Part shown: piece by piece, positions 51,501 to 61,538 of the stretch
Position numbering within the stretch: the first letter of the stretch is position 1
How the letters are laid out: every line of letters begins with the position of its first letter
Notes under the pieces: generated by a model
What the model was told of the DNA's origin: nothing
What the model saw: the letters and a program-made list of their open reading frames with translations, nothing else
Database searches by the model: none
Assembly: GCA_964234715.1 (NCBI GenBank)
Contig: OZ174282.1
Origin: Podarcis melisellensis
Lineage: Eukaryota
Strand: one strand, 5' to 3'
DNA length: 64,000 nt
Made by a program: the position numbers and the translations under genes

Positions 51501-54500
51501 GGCCCCTTGCAACACACACACACACACACACACACAGGCATCTTAACTCCTCTAAGAACCATCTGCTGTTTTACAGATGCCAAACCGTGCTTCTCTGGAT
51601 GATGGAAGGTTGATAAACTCAGCAGCCAACTGGAAGATTAGTAGCCATGGCAAGGAAGCCAGCTCACCTGCAGCAGTGCAATTCCGCCTGAAGCTGTGGC
51701 AGAAAAAGCAAGGAGGTGGTGAGTGACTGAGAACTTGGTCCAGCTCACAAGCCTCCAGCAGCCAAGGGCAACAGAAATGTGGAAGCCGGTGCAAGCTGGC
51801 TTAATGCTTGCAGCCTCAGAAGCTGGGCATTAAGACCAACCACAAAGCCACAGGGGATACAGGCCAGCCAGGCCAAAGCAGTCCTCGCCCTCACAGAACA
51901 GTGGGCTAGGAAGAAGAGAAAGGCCACTGGCCAGGCACCCACACCTCATGAAACACTCCCAGAACAGAAGGAGGAGTGCAAGGTTTCCCTTGACGCAGCA
52001 GGTCAGAGTCTCCTGCAAAACCGCCAGTTCAGCATGCCTTGTATGTAAGTGGAGACTCACATGGGCAACAAACCTGACCAAGGCCAGGAAAGCTCCATCA
52101 ATACACAGAGGAAGGACATGGAGAGTCCAGGCAGTCAGTGAACACTGGCAGAACTGCAGGCCAGACACTTGGTTCTGTGGAGCCTTTCTTGAGGGAATCG
52201 AAACAGATAACAGGGGCCATGGCAGCAAGATCTACTAAGGAAGCCTAGTGTTACCTAACATCACCATCACCTCTCTCTGTAGGTGGGCCTGTTGGCAAAG
52301 GCATTAAGAGGACCAGGTGAGCACACCTTAGTGGTAGGTGTGTTTGAACTGTGTCTTCCATCTGCCCCAGCTAGCATGGCCAATGGGACTTGTAGTCCTA
52401 CAACATCTGGAGGAAACCACGCTGGCTACCCCTATGTACATGAAGGGCGGCAGAGAGAATGCCCCCCAAGGCCTCAAGAGATGGCAGCAGTGCACCCAGC
52501 ACAAAGCCCAGGAGCACCTGACTGGATACAGAAGGCACTATTGCCAGGCATCTCCTTGGGATGAGGGTCTCCTTGGCTGAGAGAAGATCCAGTTGCAAAC
52601 AATGACTCAGCAGATGATAAGGAGGAAGAGGAGCAGCAGGCAGGAAGGGCTTAAGGGCCTTCATCTCAGGCCCTTGCTGGCTTAACAGTTTTCCAGCTCC
52701 CACACCAGGTACTCATCATGAACAAAACTGCCCTGGCTGCTGTCCCAGGGCGTGTTTCTGGCCTGTTAAGAAACCAAAGCATACAAAAAAGCAGGGACAG
52801 AAAAGTAGAACTGAGGGAGGAGAGAAATGAGTAGAAAATTTAAACGTACTGCGGGTTATAGTGGTATAAAATGAGTTTGAGGTCTGAAGGGGTTAAATGA
52901 TTCTTTTTAATGATGCAACCTGCCCTAGGACCCTTGGGCAAAGGACAGGTAATAAATCAAACAACAATGACATCAAACAACAAAACATTTTAGTTTTCCT
53001 AAAATGTGGGGAGGAGTTTCTGAATGAATGGGAGTGACTCCTCACTACTTGGAAGAGAATGCTTCTGAAGAACTCTGCTGCTTTATCTCAGAGCAAAACT
53101 GCTGGCTTTAGCCCAGGCTGGGGGTGACTCCATCATCCTTCATCACTGGCTATGATGGCTGAGGCTGATGGGACATGATGAAGGGCACAGGCTCCCCAGT
53201 CCACAGAATTATTTGGGAAACTTCAATGAAAAACCACCATGCAGGTGCTTGGGGTGGCTTCTGATGCAGCTGGTCAGAGTAAAGGAAAGGGAAAGTAGAG
53301 GCCCTGGAGAAGGCAGGTGGGGGGGAACCCTTCTCACTTGCAATTGGAGGGCCATCCTGGGCCCAGGAATAGACTCAGGGGGCTCTTCAAACATCTATGG
53401 GCTTCTAAGGATTGTATGCCAGTTTTAAGAGGAAGCCTGGTGTTTTAGGGACACCCTTGGGTGTTCAGTGGTCATAAGAGGACAGGGGAGGAGAAAGGGA
53501 GGCAACTCATCAAACTGGGCATTGAATACAGGATCCCAGCAGCCACAGGAGCTTCCATCACCTCCATGAATTATTTACTATTATTTAAAAGATGCAAGAT
53601 CCAAGCCAGTTCATTTGAAGGGAGTTTACGCTCCCAGGTTTTTGCTGGTGCTTCATTCTGGTAATTACTATGATTATAATTTTAAGTCTGTCTTAGATTA
53701 TTTGTTGCATTCTATTCTGCATTACGATTTTAATTGTTCCAATGATTACTTTTCAAATGGTCGTCTACTGCCGTGGGAAGTGGCTCCTCCAGGATCTAGC
53801 TACCCACAGTTCCTGAAGCACTAGCAGTATCTAACAACACGCCCCCCCCCAACAATCTCTGCGAGGAAAACCCACACATGTGTGAGCACACGCCGCTCCC
53901 TCCTCACTTGGTATAGCCAGAAATGGAGGGGGGTTTAAGTGCATATTAAGCAAGTGAGTGACATCTGCAGCACGCTGCATTTTAATGCAAAACTAATTTT
54001 GCTGAAGCAGGGCCAGCCTTTGGATGGGTTGCCTTCCTCCCTTCTACTTTGTTGCACCAGTTACAACTCAGGTTAAGTGGGACACACAGCTTTCAGAATT
54101 GAGGCCATCTTGAGTCCCCCTTGAGAGAAGAGAAACTGGAAATCAAACTTAGCAGTAGGGGGAAAACTGGCGAGTGGGTGGGATCTGTCCAGCTCCATGA
54201 TTTGATGCAGCAAGGAGAAACATGGCACTTTGTGCCTGTGCCCAACTTTGACAATGAAATGTGGCTCGGAACAAGGTATCCAGGAAACTGCTTCATGCCT
54301 CAGGAGCCAGTGCCAGAACTGGAACCAGAAATAGAACCAGGGGTCTGGCTGGAACAGCTGGTGGGAGTTGTAGTCCAAAACATCTGGAGGGAGCCAGGCT
54401 GAGGAAGACTGATCTAGGAGAACCAACCCAAAGCTTCACTCTACCGTGTCTAGCAATCTCCTCCCAAAGGCTTCACCCACTGGATTTTAACAGCCTCCCC

Positions 54501-56014
54501 ACTCGTGGCCAATTTCTGCAGTGGGAATTCAGGTGCATGAGGTTGTCCACAAGGTAATCTGATGCTCAATAAACTCAGCCGCCATCAATTTCAGCTGGCC
54601 AGATTTCCCACCTTGTCTGGGATGTGGCTCAAGATGAAGTTCAAGACAAGAGAGACTCTTTCTGTCTTGATAATTCCCCAGATCCTTAGCATGGGGCAGA
54701 TGCCAGAGCCGCCAGGGCTCACTGGTGAAAAACTGGTTGTTTGAATCCTCAAAGGTTGTTGAGCCTGCTAATTTGATCCTTCCAGGTTAAATTGCCATTC
54801 TAATGTTCATTCTCCAAGAGGGTTGGCCACTTTCTCTTGTAAAGCCAGTTAGGTTGCTGATCCTCACAACTCCTGGTTGCAGTCACCCTCCCAGGGCACA
54901 CATTTTTCTAGGGTGTGTGGATTTCTTCCATGTGGCATTTTCACTTTCCTTACAAGCCATGTAAGAGAAGTAATCTTGACAGGATTGCATAAGAGGTGGT
55001 GGTGGAGGTGGTAGAAGAGGCTCCTGCAGGCCAGGCCAAGGGGCAACAACCGCCATGCTGAATCTGGCAAGGCAGTGAGTGCCACTCGCCTCTGCTTTTT
55101 GCTCTCCAGGCCCAGCACCAACAACTTCCCCGCCCCCTTCCTCCATCTGCCACTGATCCACTCATTTCTCTCTAAGTCCCCCTCCCGCCCCTTCATTGGT
55201 ATTTAGATAAATTATCACTATGCAGAGCTTTACGGCGCTTCTACTGCGTAGGAACTAGACTAGACTAGATATAGATAGTAAATGGTGGCGAAAGGGCCCT
55301 CTGCCCATGCTCGGAGGTATCGTCTCCGCGACCGTCCAGGCTAGAACTGCTACTATGCTCAGCTCTTTCCGAAATAGCGCCTGGCCATTTTGAAGAAGGA
55401 AAACCGTCTGATGGAGGAAGCCGAGCAGCCGGGATGGAGGGAAGCACAAGACAGACGCCGCCGCGCTTGAGGGAGCCTCGGCCACCAGATTTACAGCTTC
55501 GGCGCCGAATGAGTTAAGGCGGCAGCAGCTCCGCTCCCCCCCCCCCGCCGCCATCCCAATGGTTTTATCCCCCCCCCCCCCCGAAATCGCTCCTCCTGCA
55601 ATGACAGCATTGTCTGGGCTGGGGGGCGGCGGCGGCAGGCCAGCCTCGAGACACCCCCCCTCCGCCCGCCGTCGCGCGTGCCCATCCTCGGCGCGCTGCC
55701 TCGGGCGTCCGGCGGGCCAGGGAGCCAAGGGCGCGACGGGCTCCCCGGGAAGGGAGGCAGAGGCAAGCCCCCTTGCCTTGCGCGCCCCTCCCCGCCAGGC
55801 TTGTTTACGGGTTTCGGCCTCCCGCAGTAGCAGCAGCAGCAACTCCAGCCTCCGCCCCCCGTCCCCGCATCCTCCCCGTTCTGTGCAGACGGGGCGCGGC
55901 GGCGGCGGCGCCGGCCGGACCCTTCCTTCTTCCGAAGCGGCTCACCTTCATGTCGTTGACGATGGCTTGGAAGAGGCCGCCCAGCGCCCCGCACTCCTTC
56001 TCCGCCGTCTCCAT
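2030..56014 (-). CDS. MTSS2: MTSS2 (MTSS1-like/ABBA) I-BAR and WH2 domain protein, whole multi-exon CDS, about 740 aa
   Basis: Manually joined exons, all GT-AG with consistent phases: 55946-56014, 36844-36905, 29072-29145, 18989-19073, 18587-18678, 18248-18322, 16629-16637, 11081-11238, 9911-10018, 8992-9089, 7952-8162, 6267-6341, 4271-4447, 3133-3298, 2030-2793 = 2223 nt. The protein starts METAEKECGALGGLFQAIVNDMKSSYPIWEDF and ends in WH2 EDMLVAIRRGVRLRRTITNDRSAPRFL, matching recalled MTSS2 rather than MTSS1. Confidence 0.97.
3133..3298 (-). CDS. MTSS2: MTSS2 exon 14 (HGEEVSPAASDLAMVLTRG...SEDTIPSQ)
   Basis: catcag| acceptor, AAG|gtatct donor, 166 nt. Confidence 0.95.
4271..4447 (-). CDS. 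MTSS2: MTSS2 exon 13 (DWSKASLYEQPVASTLQRRKDRVE...RPRMSPASIAAK)
   Basis: ttgcag| acceptor, AAG|gtatag donor, 177 nt. Confidence 0.94.
6267..6341 (-). CDS. MTSS2: MTSS2 exon 12 (KSSSSASSEASETCQSVSECNSPTS); extends to 6222 via a second donor
   Basis: ggcag| acceptor; donors TCG|gtcagt (6267) and AAG|gtgacg (6222), both phase 0. Confidence 0.9.
6447..6500. repeat. (AG)n microsatellite
   Basis: About 27 perfect AG units. Confidence 0.98.
7952..8162 (-). CDS. MTSS2: MTSS2 exon 11 (Ser-rich; ...RLSSVSSHDSGFISQD...PSDLTSQ)
   Basis: ccctttag| acceptor, CAG|gtaagc donor, 211 nt; DSGFIS resembles a beta-TrCP-type DSGxxS degron. Confidence 0.92.
8992..9089 (-). CDS. MTSS2: MTSS2 exon 10 (VIKDLKGSDYSWSYQTPPSSPSSSGSRKSSMC)
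   Basis: ttgcag| acceptor, CAG|gtaggt donor, 98 nt. Confidence 0.95.
9911..10018 (-). CDS. MTSS2: MTSS2 exon 9 (NGEITMLGEITHLQGIIDDLVVLTADPHKLPSASEQ)
   Basis: ttgcag| acceptor, CAG|gtggga donor, 108 nt. Confidence 0.95.
11081..11238 (-). CDS. MTSS2: MTSS2 exon 8 (GKGDLQPQLDNALQDVNDMYLLLEETEKQAVRKALIEERGRFCTFIAYLQPVV)
   Basis: ttcag| acceptor, GTG|gtatgt donor, 158 nt. Confidence 0.95.
14911..15129. mobile_element. hAT-type non-autonomous element
   Basis: cagtggtatccaaac...tttggacatgcctg termini; flanks ccataagc / tcataagc (7/8 TSD match). Confidence 0.75.
15483..15618. mobile_element. hAT-type palindromic MITE with 8-bp TSD
   Basis: TIRs caggcacaggcaaactc / gagtttgcctatgcctg; TSD caatacat at 15475-15482 and 15619-15626; internal GGGAGTTGTAGTCC motif. 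Confidence 0.9.
16629..16637 (-). CDS. MTSS2: MTSS2 9-nt microexon (AGCTACTTG; inserts ELL)
   Basis: About 65-nt CU-rich tract, then cctgtag|AGCTACTTG|gtaagt; gives KARK-ELL-GKGDLQ, as in recalled human MTSS2. Confidence 0.9.
18248..18322 (-). CDS. MTSS2: MTSS2 exon 6 (EYKRARHEIKKKSSDTLKLQKKARK)
   Basis: ccttag| acceptor, AAG|gtaaga donor, 75 nt; encodes the basic I-BAR tip. Confidence 0.95.
18587..18678 (-). CDS. MTSS2: MTSS2 exon 5 (ALMESLINPLQDRIEDWKKTANQLDKDHAK)
   Basis: ctgcag| acceptor, AAG|gtaaaa donor, 92 nt. Confidence 0.95.
18989..19073 (-). CDS. MTSS2: MTSS2 exon 4 (GATRDIGSALTRMCMRHRSIETKLRQFT)
   Basis: cctcag| acceptor, AA|gtaagt donor, 85 nt. Confidence 0.95.
20640..20910 (+). 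mobile_element. 5'-truncated RTE-clade LINE 3' end
   Basis: Encodes a degenerate C2H2 finger (GRTCGSRIGLHSHLRTH), has a (GAA)n tail, and is flanked by aattgct at 20633-20639 and 20911-20917. Confidence 0.8.
26005..26125 (-). mobile_element. CR1-type 3' tail fragment (similar copies at 59273-59375 and 10075-10140)
   Basis: agaattatagagttgaaagggaccc...catctagtc.aaccc motif repeated at three loci. Confidence 0.65.
27578..27934 (-). mobile_element. Sauria SINE (Squam1), full length, with 13-bp TSD
   Basis: tRNA-like head (GGTTCGAATCCC box B), (ACCTTT)n tail, TSD tcaaagcagttta at 27565-27577 and 27935-27947. Confidence 0.93.
29072..29145 (-). CDS. MTSS2: MTSS2 exon 3 (TTVLAAVAFLDAFQKVADMATNTR)
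   Basis: ttttag| acceptor, GAG|gtacgt donor, 74 nt. Confidence 0.95.
30352..30515 (-). mobile_element. Squam2-like tRNA-derived SINE (further fragments at ~640-725, 41570-41755, 56930-57045)
   Basis: aacataggaagctgcct tail and ccctacct.gag.tgccag...ttgaacct head motif in reverse orientation. Confidence 0.65.
32000..32800 (-). mobile_element. Degenerate L1/Tx1-like LINE 3' fragment
   Basis: AT-rich; the minus strand gives MVIYLLMAAGICIS-like and HFW-like remnants of L1 ORF2 C-terminal motifs. Confidence 0.45.
33160..33600 (+). mobile_element. CR1 LINE RT fragment
   Basis: ggtgccccagggctctgtcctaggccct (GVPQGSVLGP-like) and a degenerate KFADDTKL-like motif. Confidence 0.75.
36520..36622. mobile_element. 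Degenerate palindromic MITE (same family as 15483; others near 10340, 15170, 20960, 31880, 43580, 50280, 52380, 54360, 57920)
   Basis: Inverted repeat ccctccagctgttttggactacaactcccat...atgggagttgtagtccaaagcagctggaggg. Confidence 0.75.
36844..36905 (-). CDS. MTSS2: MTSS2 exon 2 (SSYPIWEDFNSKATKLHSQLR)
   Basis: ttccag| acceptor, CG|gtgagt donor, 62 nt. Confidence 0.96.
38680..40160 (-). mobile_element. Degenerate L2-clade LINE (RT fragment)
   Basis: ORF 39701..40048 reads LDPFQFGLKPGFSTETALVTLYNDL...HGILLRRL, typical of non-LTR RT domains 2-3; boundaries approximate. Confidence 0.85.
39466..39656. mobile_element. hAT (Charlie-like) MITE nested in an L2 element
   Basis: 15-bp TIR (14/15 match) caggggtcagcaacc; perfect TSD atctagat at 39458-39465 and 39657-39664. 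Confidence 0.9.
40262..40618 (-). mobile_element. Sauria SINE, different subfamily
   Basis: Same head and (ACCTTT)n tail as the 27578 copy, with a diverged CpG-rich body; no clear TSD. Confidence 0.9.
42512..42790 (-). mobile_element. Short retro-insertion (LINE 3' end) with 17-bp TSD
   Basis: TSD ttcaactttgaattctt at 42495-42511 and 42791-42807; T-rich end on the plus strand. Confidence 0.75.
45380..45680 (+). mobile_element. CR1 LINE fragment
   Basis: cagtgtgcagcagctgtgaaa..gcaaattccatgctagggatcattaggaaagga, typical of late CR1 ORF2. Confidence 0.75.
48060..49150 (+). mobile_element. CR1 LINE 3' fragments interrupted by SINE remnants
   Basis: CR1-like ORF2 3' sequence (48060-48420, 48830-49140) with a Squam2-like SINE piece at ~48420-48600. 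Confidence 0.65.
51512..51536. repeat. (CA)n microsatellite
   Basis: Direct reading. Confidence 0.95.
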
Positions 56015-57050
56015 GGCCGAGCGGCGGCAGCCCGTCGAGGGGGGCCAGTCCCGACACAGCCCCGCGAAGGCGAAGGCGGCGTCTCCTCCTCCTCCCTTCT
56101 GCCTCGCCGCAGCCTCTCTCTCTGTCTCTCGTGCTCGCTCGCTCGCTCGGCGCGCCTCCCTCGGTCACTTCCCGCCACGGGCGGCCCTCCGCGCTGCCGC
56201 AGCCGGGAGCGAAGGCGATGAAGAGGCGCTCCGAGCAGTGGCCATCCTCTGGCCCGGAGCAGCAGCAGCAGCGACGACGACGAGAAGGGCGGCGAGCACC
56301 CCGCCGGCCGGGGAGGGGGAGGAAAAGAGCGTCGCCGCGCGCAAAAGGGGAGCCGGGCGGACGCCTCAGAGCGACGGGGCGCAGGAGAAGGCAGCCGGAA
56401 TCCGAGGGGAAGGAGGGGGGGGGGAGAGGGATCCAGTCACGTGGGCGATGCGGGGAGGGGGCGGGCCGGGAGGAGGGGAAGGGGCCGCCCAAGCTAGGGG
56501 CTTTGCAGGGAGAGCAGTGGAGCCGCCGCCGCCGCCGCCGCCACTCGTGGAGAGCCCGCGGGTGACCCACAACTCCGCGCTCCGCCTGGGCAGCTTCGAT
56601 GCAGCGGCTTCTTCCTCTCGCCCACCGAAGCCTGGAGCTGCCGAGGGGGCCATGGAAGACGCTCCCCTCGCCACTAACAGGAGGCGGCTGGCCCCTTGGG
56701 GACAGGAGACACCCCTCCTGTCGGACCCGAGGGGAGTGGGCGGGAGGGAGGCCCGGTGGGTCTCGGCTACACATGGGGGACGGGGTGCAGAGCAGTTGCG
56801 TTTTCTAGCTGTTGCCTCGAAGCTCCACGCTGCGTGGACGGGCTGGACTTTCCCCGGCCCCCGTCTGCAAAATGGGAGCAACCTTGCCCAACCTCGCCAG
56901 GGGAAGCAGGGTGCCACCACGTCACCCAAGCTTGCCTCCACTGCTTGGCAGCCGCTCTCCAGAACCTCAGACCTGGCTCGACTGCTGCCGGGGATTGAAC
57001 CTGCGGCATTCTGCCGGCCAAGCAGCAGCCCTCCCGCTGAGCCAAGGCCT
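55300..57050. promoter_or_regulatory. MTSS2: CpG island / MTSS2 promoter and 5' UTR
   Basis: Very high GC and CpG density around exon 1; GC boxes (~56458), GTCACGTG E-box 56436-56443, ETS-like GGAAGTG ~56166-56172, (GCC)n tracts. Confidence 0.88.
55946..56014 (-). CDS. MTSS2: MTSS2 coding exon 1 (METAEKECGALGGLFQAIVNDMK)
   Basis: gccATGG Kozak context; donor AAG|gtgagc; lies in the CpG island. Confidence 0.96.
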
Positions 57051-57534
57051 TCTTAATTGCAGGGGCTTCTTGGGCCTAAAGCTAGAAACGAGGTCAAGGT
57101 CAAAGGCAACCCTGAGCCCAAAGTCCACCTGCAGCATCTCCACGGAGTTACTACTTAGGCCTTGCCTCCACCTAGGTAGTAAGAGATTGCTGGTGGGGAG
57201 GTACTGGTATCATTGCATTGCTGCTGCAGCAGCTGCTGCATGATTATCTCTCTAGAAGAGGCTGCCTGTTGCATCACTGCTTGAGGCCCTGCTGTCCTAA
57301 GTAGGAGGCACAGCCAGATATGCAAGAGAATCAGCTTCTCAAAAGGCAGGCAGATTTTCCTGTCACAATTAGTAAACCTTTTCAACCAGAAGGCTGCAAA
57401 GTGAGGTTCCAGATTTAATGCAGGTACACAGAAGGAACTGCAGAAGCCCCCGCAAGTGAGAGCTTGCAAAGAGAAGTGTGGCTAAAAAGGGAGCTTTGCT
57501 TGTGGAAATGACACTCATTGATCCAGGAGAAGCC

Positions 57535-58109
57535 TTTATTTTTTTTAAAAAAAACTTTATTCATACAGGACACCAAAGGTTAAATAAAATGTCAGGGTTC
57601 AGATTACTAGGGCAAAGGACTTCCCCACTCTGTAATGGAAGAAAATGCCATGTCTGTTCACAGAAATGAAAGCAACCAGACCTACTTCTGAGTATAACGT
57701 GCAGGATCAGGGAGCACTTTATGCAGAGTGGATAGCAGCAGAAAGAAGGTCCAGCACCTGCTGTGGTACCTTCAGACTGGCACACAGGATAGATTCACCT
57801 TCCAACCTGCTTTCCTCCAGCTGTTTTCGACTAGAATTCCCATCAGACCCAAAATCACATCGTCGTGTTGGCTGGGGCTGATAGAGGATCCTTTCCAGCT
57901 CTAAAGTTCTATGAACTGTAGTCCAAAACAGCTGGAGGAAAAGGCTGGGTAAGTCTTGGGCAGCAAACTGAGGTTTCAGCAGGCCCCCTTGGCCAAACAG
58001 CAGTGCAAACTGGGCAACCCCTTTGATCTTTCTCATGGCAGGGAGGATGTAGCCAAAGGAAGTGAAGTCCATTCTGCCATCAATCATTTTATTTGCCATA
58101 CCTTTTATT
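57535..58109 (-). terminator. VAC14: Candidate VAC14 polyadenylation signals
   Basis: Paired AATAAA hexamers on the minus strand at 58104-58109/58088-58093 and 57556-57561/57535-57540. Confidence 0.55.
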
Positions 58110-58799
58110 GCAAGGAGTGTTTTACAATAGTACAAATAAATCCAGGCTAGAAATACAGTTGGTCTATAGAGATCTATATATACACATACACACAGGTTAG
58201 CTGTAAGCTAAGACTGTGCAGTCCAAACACATAGTTTTTTGGGGGCTGGGTGGGAAGCAGGCAAGGGAGGTGATCCTGCTGGGATTTCATAGCAGTTGAC
58301 CAACCCACACATGGGGACCAGTGTGCAAGCCCACAGGGTTGCTGAGAGGGGTCAAGGCGCTGTGGATTTGGCAACTGTGTCCCCAAATCAGTGGGGAGGA
58401 AGGGCTGCACCAGGGTTTCCCACACACCCTCCCCCCTCTCAGGCTGGAAGTGGGAAGTCCTCCCATTTCTTTTTTCCCCTCTGGCAGTAGCAAAAGCACG
58501 GCTACGACCATCAGATGACCATCACAAGGGAAGGCGAGGGCTCTTGCAACACTGCCAGAGAGGAAAAGCACATCCCAAACTACACAGCAGCTTCTTGTTC
58601 CACCTCACAAGCAAGTCTTGCCTGGGAGGATCAGAAAAGGCCCCCCAGAACATGTTGGCTCGTCCCCACAGCCAGGTGACATCTCTTCAATGTGTAGCTA
58701 GCAGCAATATCCAGCCAAGGTCACTTCTCAACTCCAAGCCATGGAGTTAAGCTACTCCACTGCTTGGCTGCTTCCTCTGTGTCCCTTGGGTTCCGGCCT

Positions 58800-58968
58800 T
58801 CAGAAGACAGTTCTCCGATCCAGGTTCTCGCCCCGGTTGGCTCGCTGGTGCCGGACCTGGAGGTGTTTGCCCTGGACCTTCTCAAAGTGTTGCAGCAACT
58901 CTGCGTAGTCTATGGCAGGGGTGGTGACAGAGGTCTTCTTGGAGGTGAGGCTGGCCTTTGGGCCATCC
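58800..58968 (-). CDS. VAC14: VAC14 final coding exon ([55 protein letters not shown])
   Basis: ctctccccag| acceptor; the translation (absent from the ORF track) matches the recalled VAC14 C-terminus [22 protein letters not shown]; VAC14 is the known upstream neighbour of MTSS2. Confidence 0.93.
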
Positions 58969-61538
58969 CTGGGGAGAGGGAAGAGAGAGCATCAGGGGGT
59001 GGGGACTGTTGCCAACAGCCTTGTGGCCAGAAAGAGGGGCTGGGGACTGGAAGACACATGCACTCTTGAGATAATCACCACTCAGGTGCCCATGGATGCA
59101 ATAGTAAAAAAGGGCAATGCTGTGACCACCTCTACTCCATCTCCCCGCAATCATATGCAGGTACAGCAGGACCCTTTTGTGCTCAACCAATCCCTTTGAG
59201 AAAGGGGAAATGTTCTTGAAGTTGCACAAGACCTCTTGGTATTCTTGCTCACTAGAGACTATCTCTGATAATAGAATCAAATATCACAGAGTTGGAAGGG
59301 ACCTCAAGTGTCATCTAGCCCAATTCTCTGCAATGCAGGGATCTCAGCTAAAGCATCCATAACATATGGCAATCCATAAGTTTACAAATAACTGAACTGT
59401 TGCTTCAGAGAAAATATATCTGATACTGTTTTAATATTCAGGATTCCTCTTCCCAATCTCATAGAAGGGTAAGCTAAAACGCAAATATTAAAACCACAGA
59501 AATCCAGCCCAAGTGCAACGAATCTGAGTCAGCCACAAGAGCTTTGCTCCACCTGAAGTTCAACACAGTTGGCCTTCAGAATTGGCAGGCAAGTGGCTGC
59601 CCAAGGCGATGCCCCCCACCTCTGACCCCCATTTCCTGAATATGCAGCTTGAGACTGATCTTGATTCTCATGCAGAGACCTCAAGGGCAACGAGGAATAA
59701 TGCCTGCCAAGCTCTTCAGTGCTCTTGAGCCATCCCCATTTATCTCAAAGTGGTGTCTGCCTGCAACTTCCTTCATTCAAAGCCAATCATGTTCTTGAAA
59801 AAGATTGGTTTTCTGAACCAGAAATGTACAAGGGCTGTTTTCAACATGGAGGTCTCCAAGATCCTCCCAACTGACTTGTATTTTGCTTTGTTTTCGTTCA
59901 CGACATTTGTGGACTGCCCTTCATAATATTTATCTTCATAATATTTATCTCAGGGCAGCATGCTGAGGAACCTCTCCTTGTGCTCTGTAGATTGTTCTGG
60001 GGCATGCAATCAGTTCACGTGGCATGAATTAGTTTACTGCAAACCATATACACCCAAAAACTCCCCTGTGGTTGCAGATTACAGGGGAAGATGGAAGCAG
60101 ACATGTGAGCAGTGTCCTGTCTGCCTTCACTCATCTTCTCACTGAGGAAGCCCTTAAAAGCTACCATTACAACCTAGACAGTTTGAAAAAAGGACCTTGG
60201 CTGGATCACCCATCACAGCCTCAAGCAGAGAAATTTGCAGCCAACCAACCGTCCCTCCCTATCAAGAGGGAGGGGAGCAAAGAGGCTTCCCTCCATGGCT
60301 CCCCACAGATGCCAGGAATGACATGTACATGCAAGGATGCTGTGTTTCCTCATAGGAAAATTGTGTAGGTCTCACAGCCAAGACAAGATGCCAACTCTGT
60401 ATCTGACCTGGGCAGTTTGAATCTCGTCCTCTCTGCTTCCTACAAGCTCCCAACATTCATAATGGGGCAAGAAGGGCCCTTTATCCTAGCCTGCCCTTTT
60501 GGTGTGACTAATCCAGGGTGTATTTGGAGACAAAGCCCAGTGCCTGAGCTCTGCTCAAACTGCAAAGAATTTTCTGTTTGCGCGCCTCTCCCTTTGGTAA
60601 GCGGACAGCCCAGCGGTTGGTGCTCTGTGGCTCAGCACCCTGGAACTGCAAGTGGGATGGGAAGGCAGGCAAGACGGGGGGTGGGTGGGGGGTAGATGCA
60701 GGAACAACAACTGGAATCAGCGGCAGCAGCAACAGGGCTGCTTGAGCTGCCAGCCAGATTCCAGGAATGGCAGGTCTTCATCAGGGAGCAATATCGCAAG
60801 AAGATCTCCCTCCATTTGCCAGCTCAAAGGCAGCTGTCTTGAGGAAGGCTCATAGCAGAGATACAAGCTAGCACACTCATGTCCACAGCTCTGTTCCCAT
60901 AGTAGGTTGGCTTAATAGTGGTGAAATCGTTCTAAGTAAGCATGCTTAGGATTGCACTGTAAAGCAAATGGCTGAATCTGTGTTTGGTGACACACCGAAC
61001 TGAGTGCAGTTGGTGTTTGGTGACAAACACCGAACTGAGTGCAGAATTGAGCCCACTCTGAGCTCACACCCTCCTGCTTTCTCAAAAATTGCAGGGGAAT
61101 GTGAAACACAGGGCTGATGTAAACCAAAACTGGTAGATGCAGACAGATGCTTCTACAAAGGAGAAGGAAAGGAGGCTGCACCTTCTCAGATATCTCAAAT
61201 ACATTATAGGCTAAAAACCAGCTGTTAGTAGACACCTGTCTCCAATCACCGGCTGATAAGCTGTGATGTCACAGAATGTTCATAAACATTACCAAGTGTC
61301 AGAACCTTTGTGAACTGCAGTTGCTAAGAGGAAAGTAGGAGGACAGTTTGACAAAGGCAAACCTCATTTAGGCCCTAAAGGCAAATGTGATGGGATGGAG
61401 GAAGCAGGAGGGTTGCATCATACCTTAAAATAGGCAGATACACCTTGCAATGAAGCTCATGTACTTAATTATGCAAAAGACACTGGACTAAATAAGAGTC
61501 CTTGTGATGTTATAATACTCTGAAACTCCTTGCATATA

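Noticed and set aside
55491-57056. Two 427-aa ORFs on opposite strands and other long ORFs over the promoter
   Set aside because: Low-complexity R/G/A/P products expected from stop-poor CpG-island DNA; no domain similarity; equal length is coincidence.
58882-59280. 132-aa ORF overlapping the VAC14 exon
   Set aside because: Wrong frame; the real VAC14 reading is 58800-58968.
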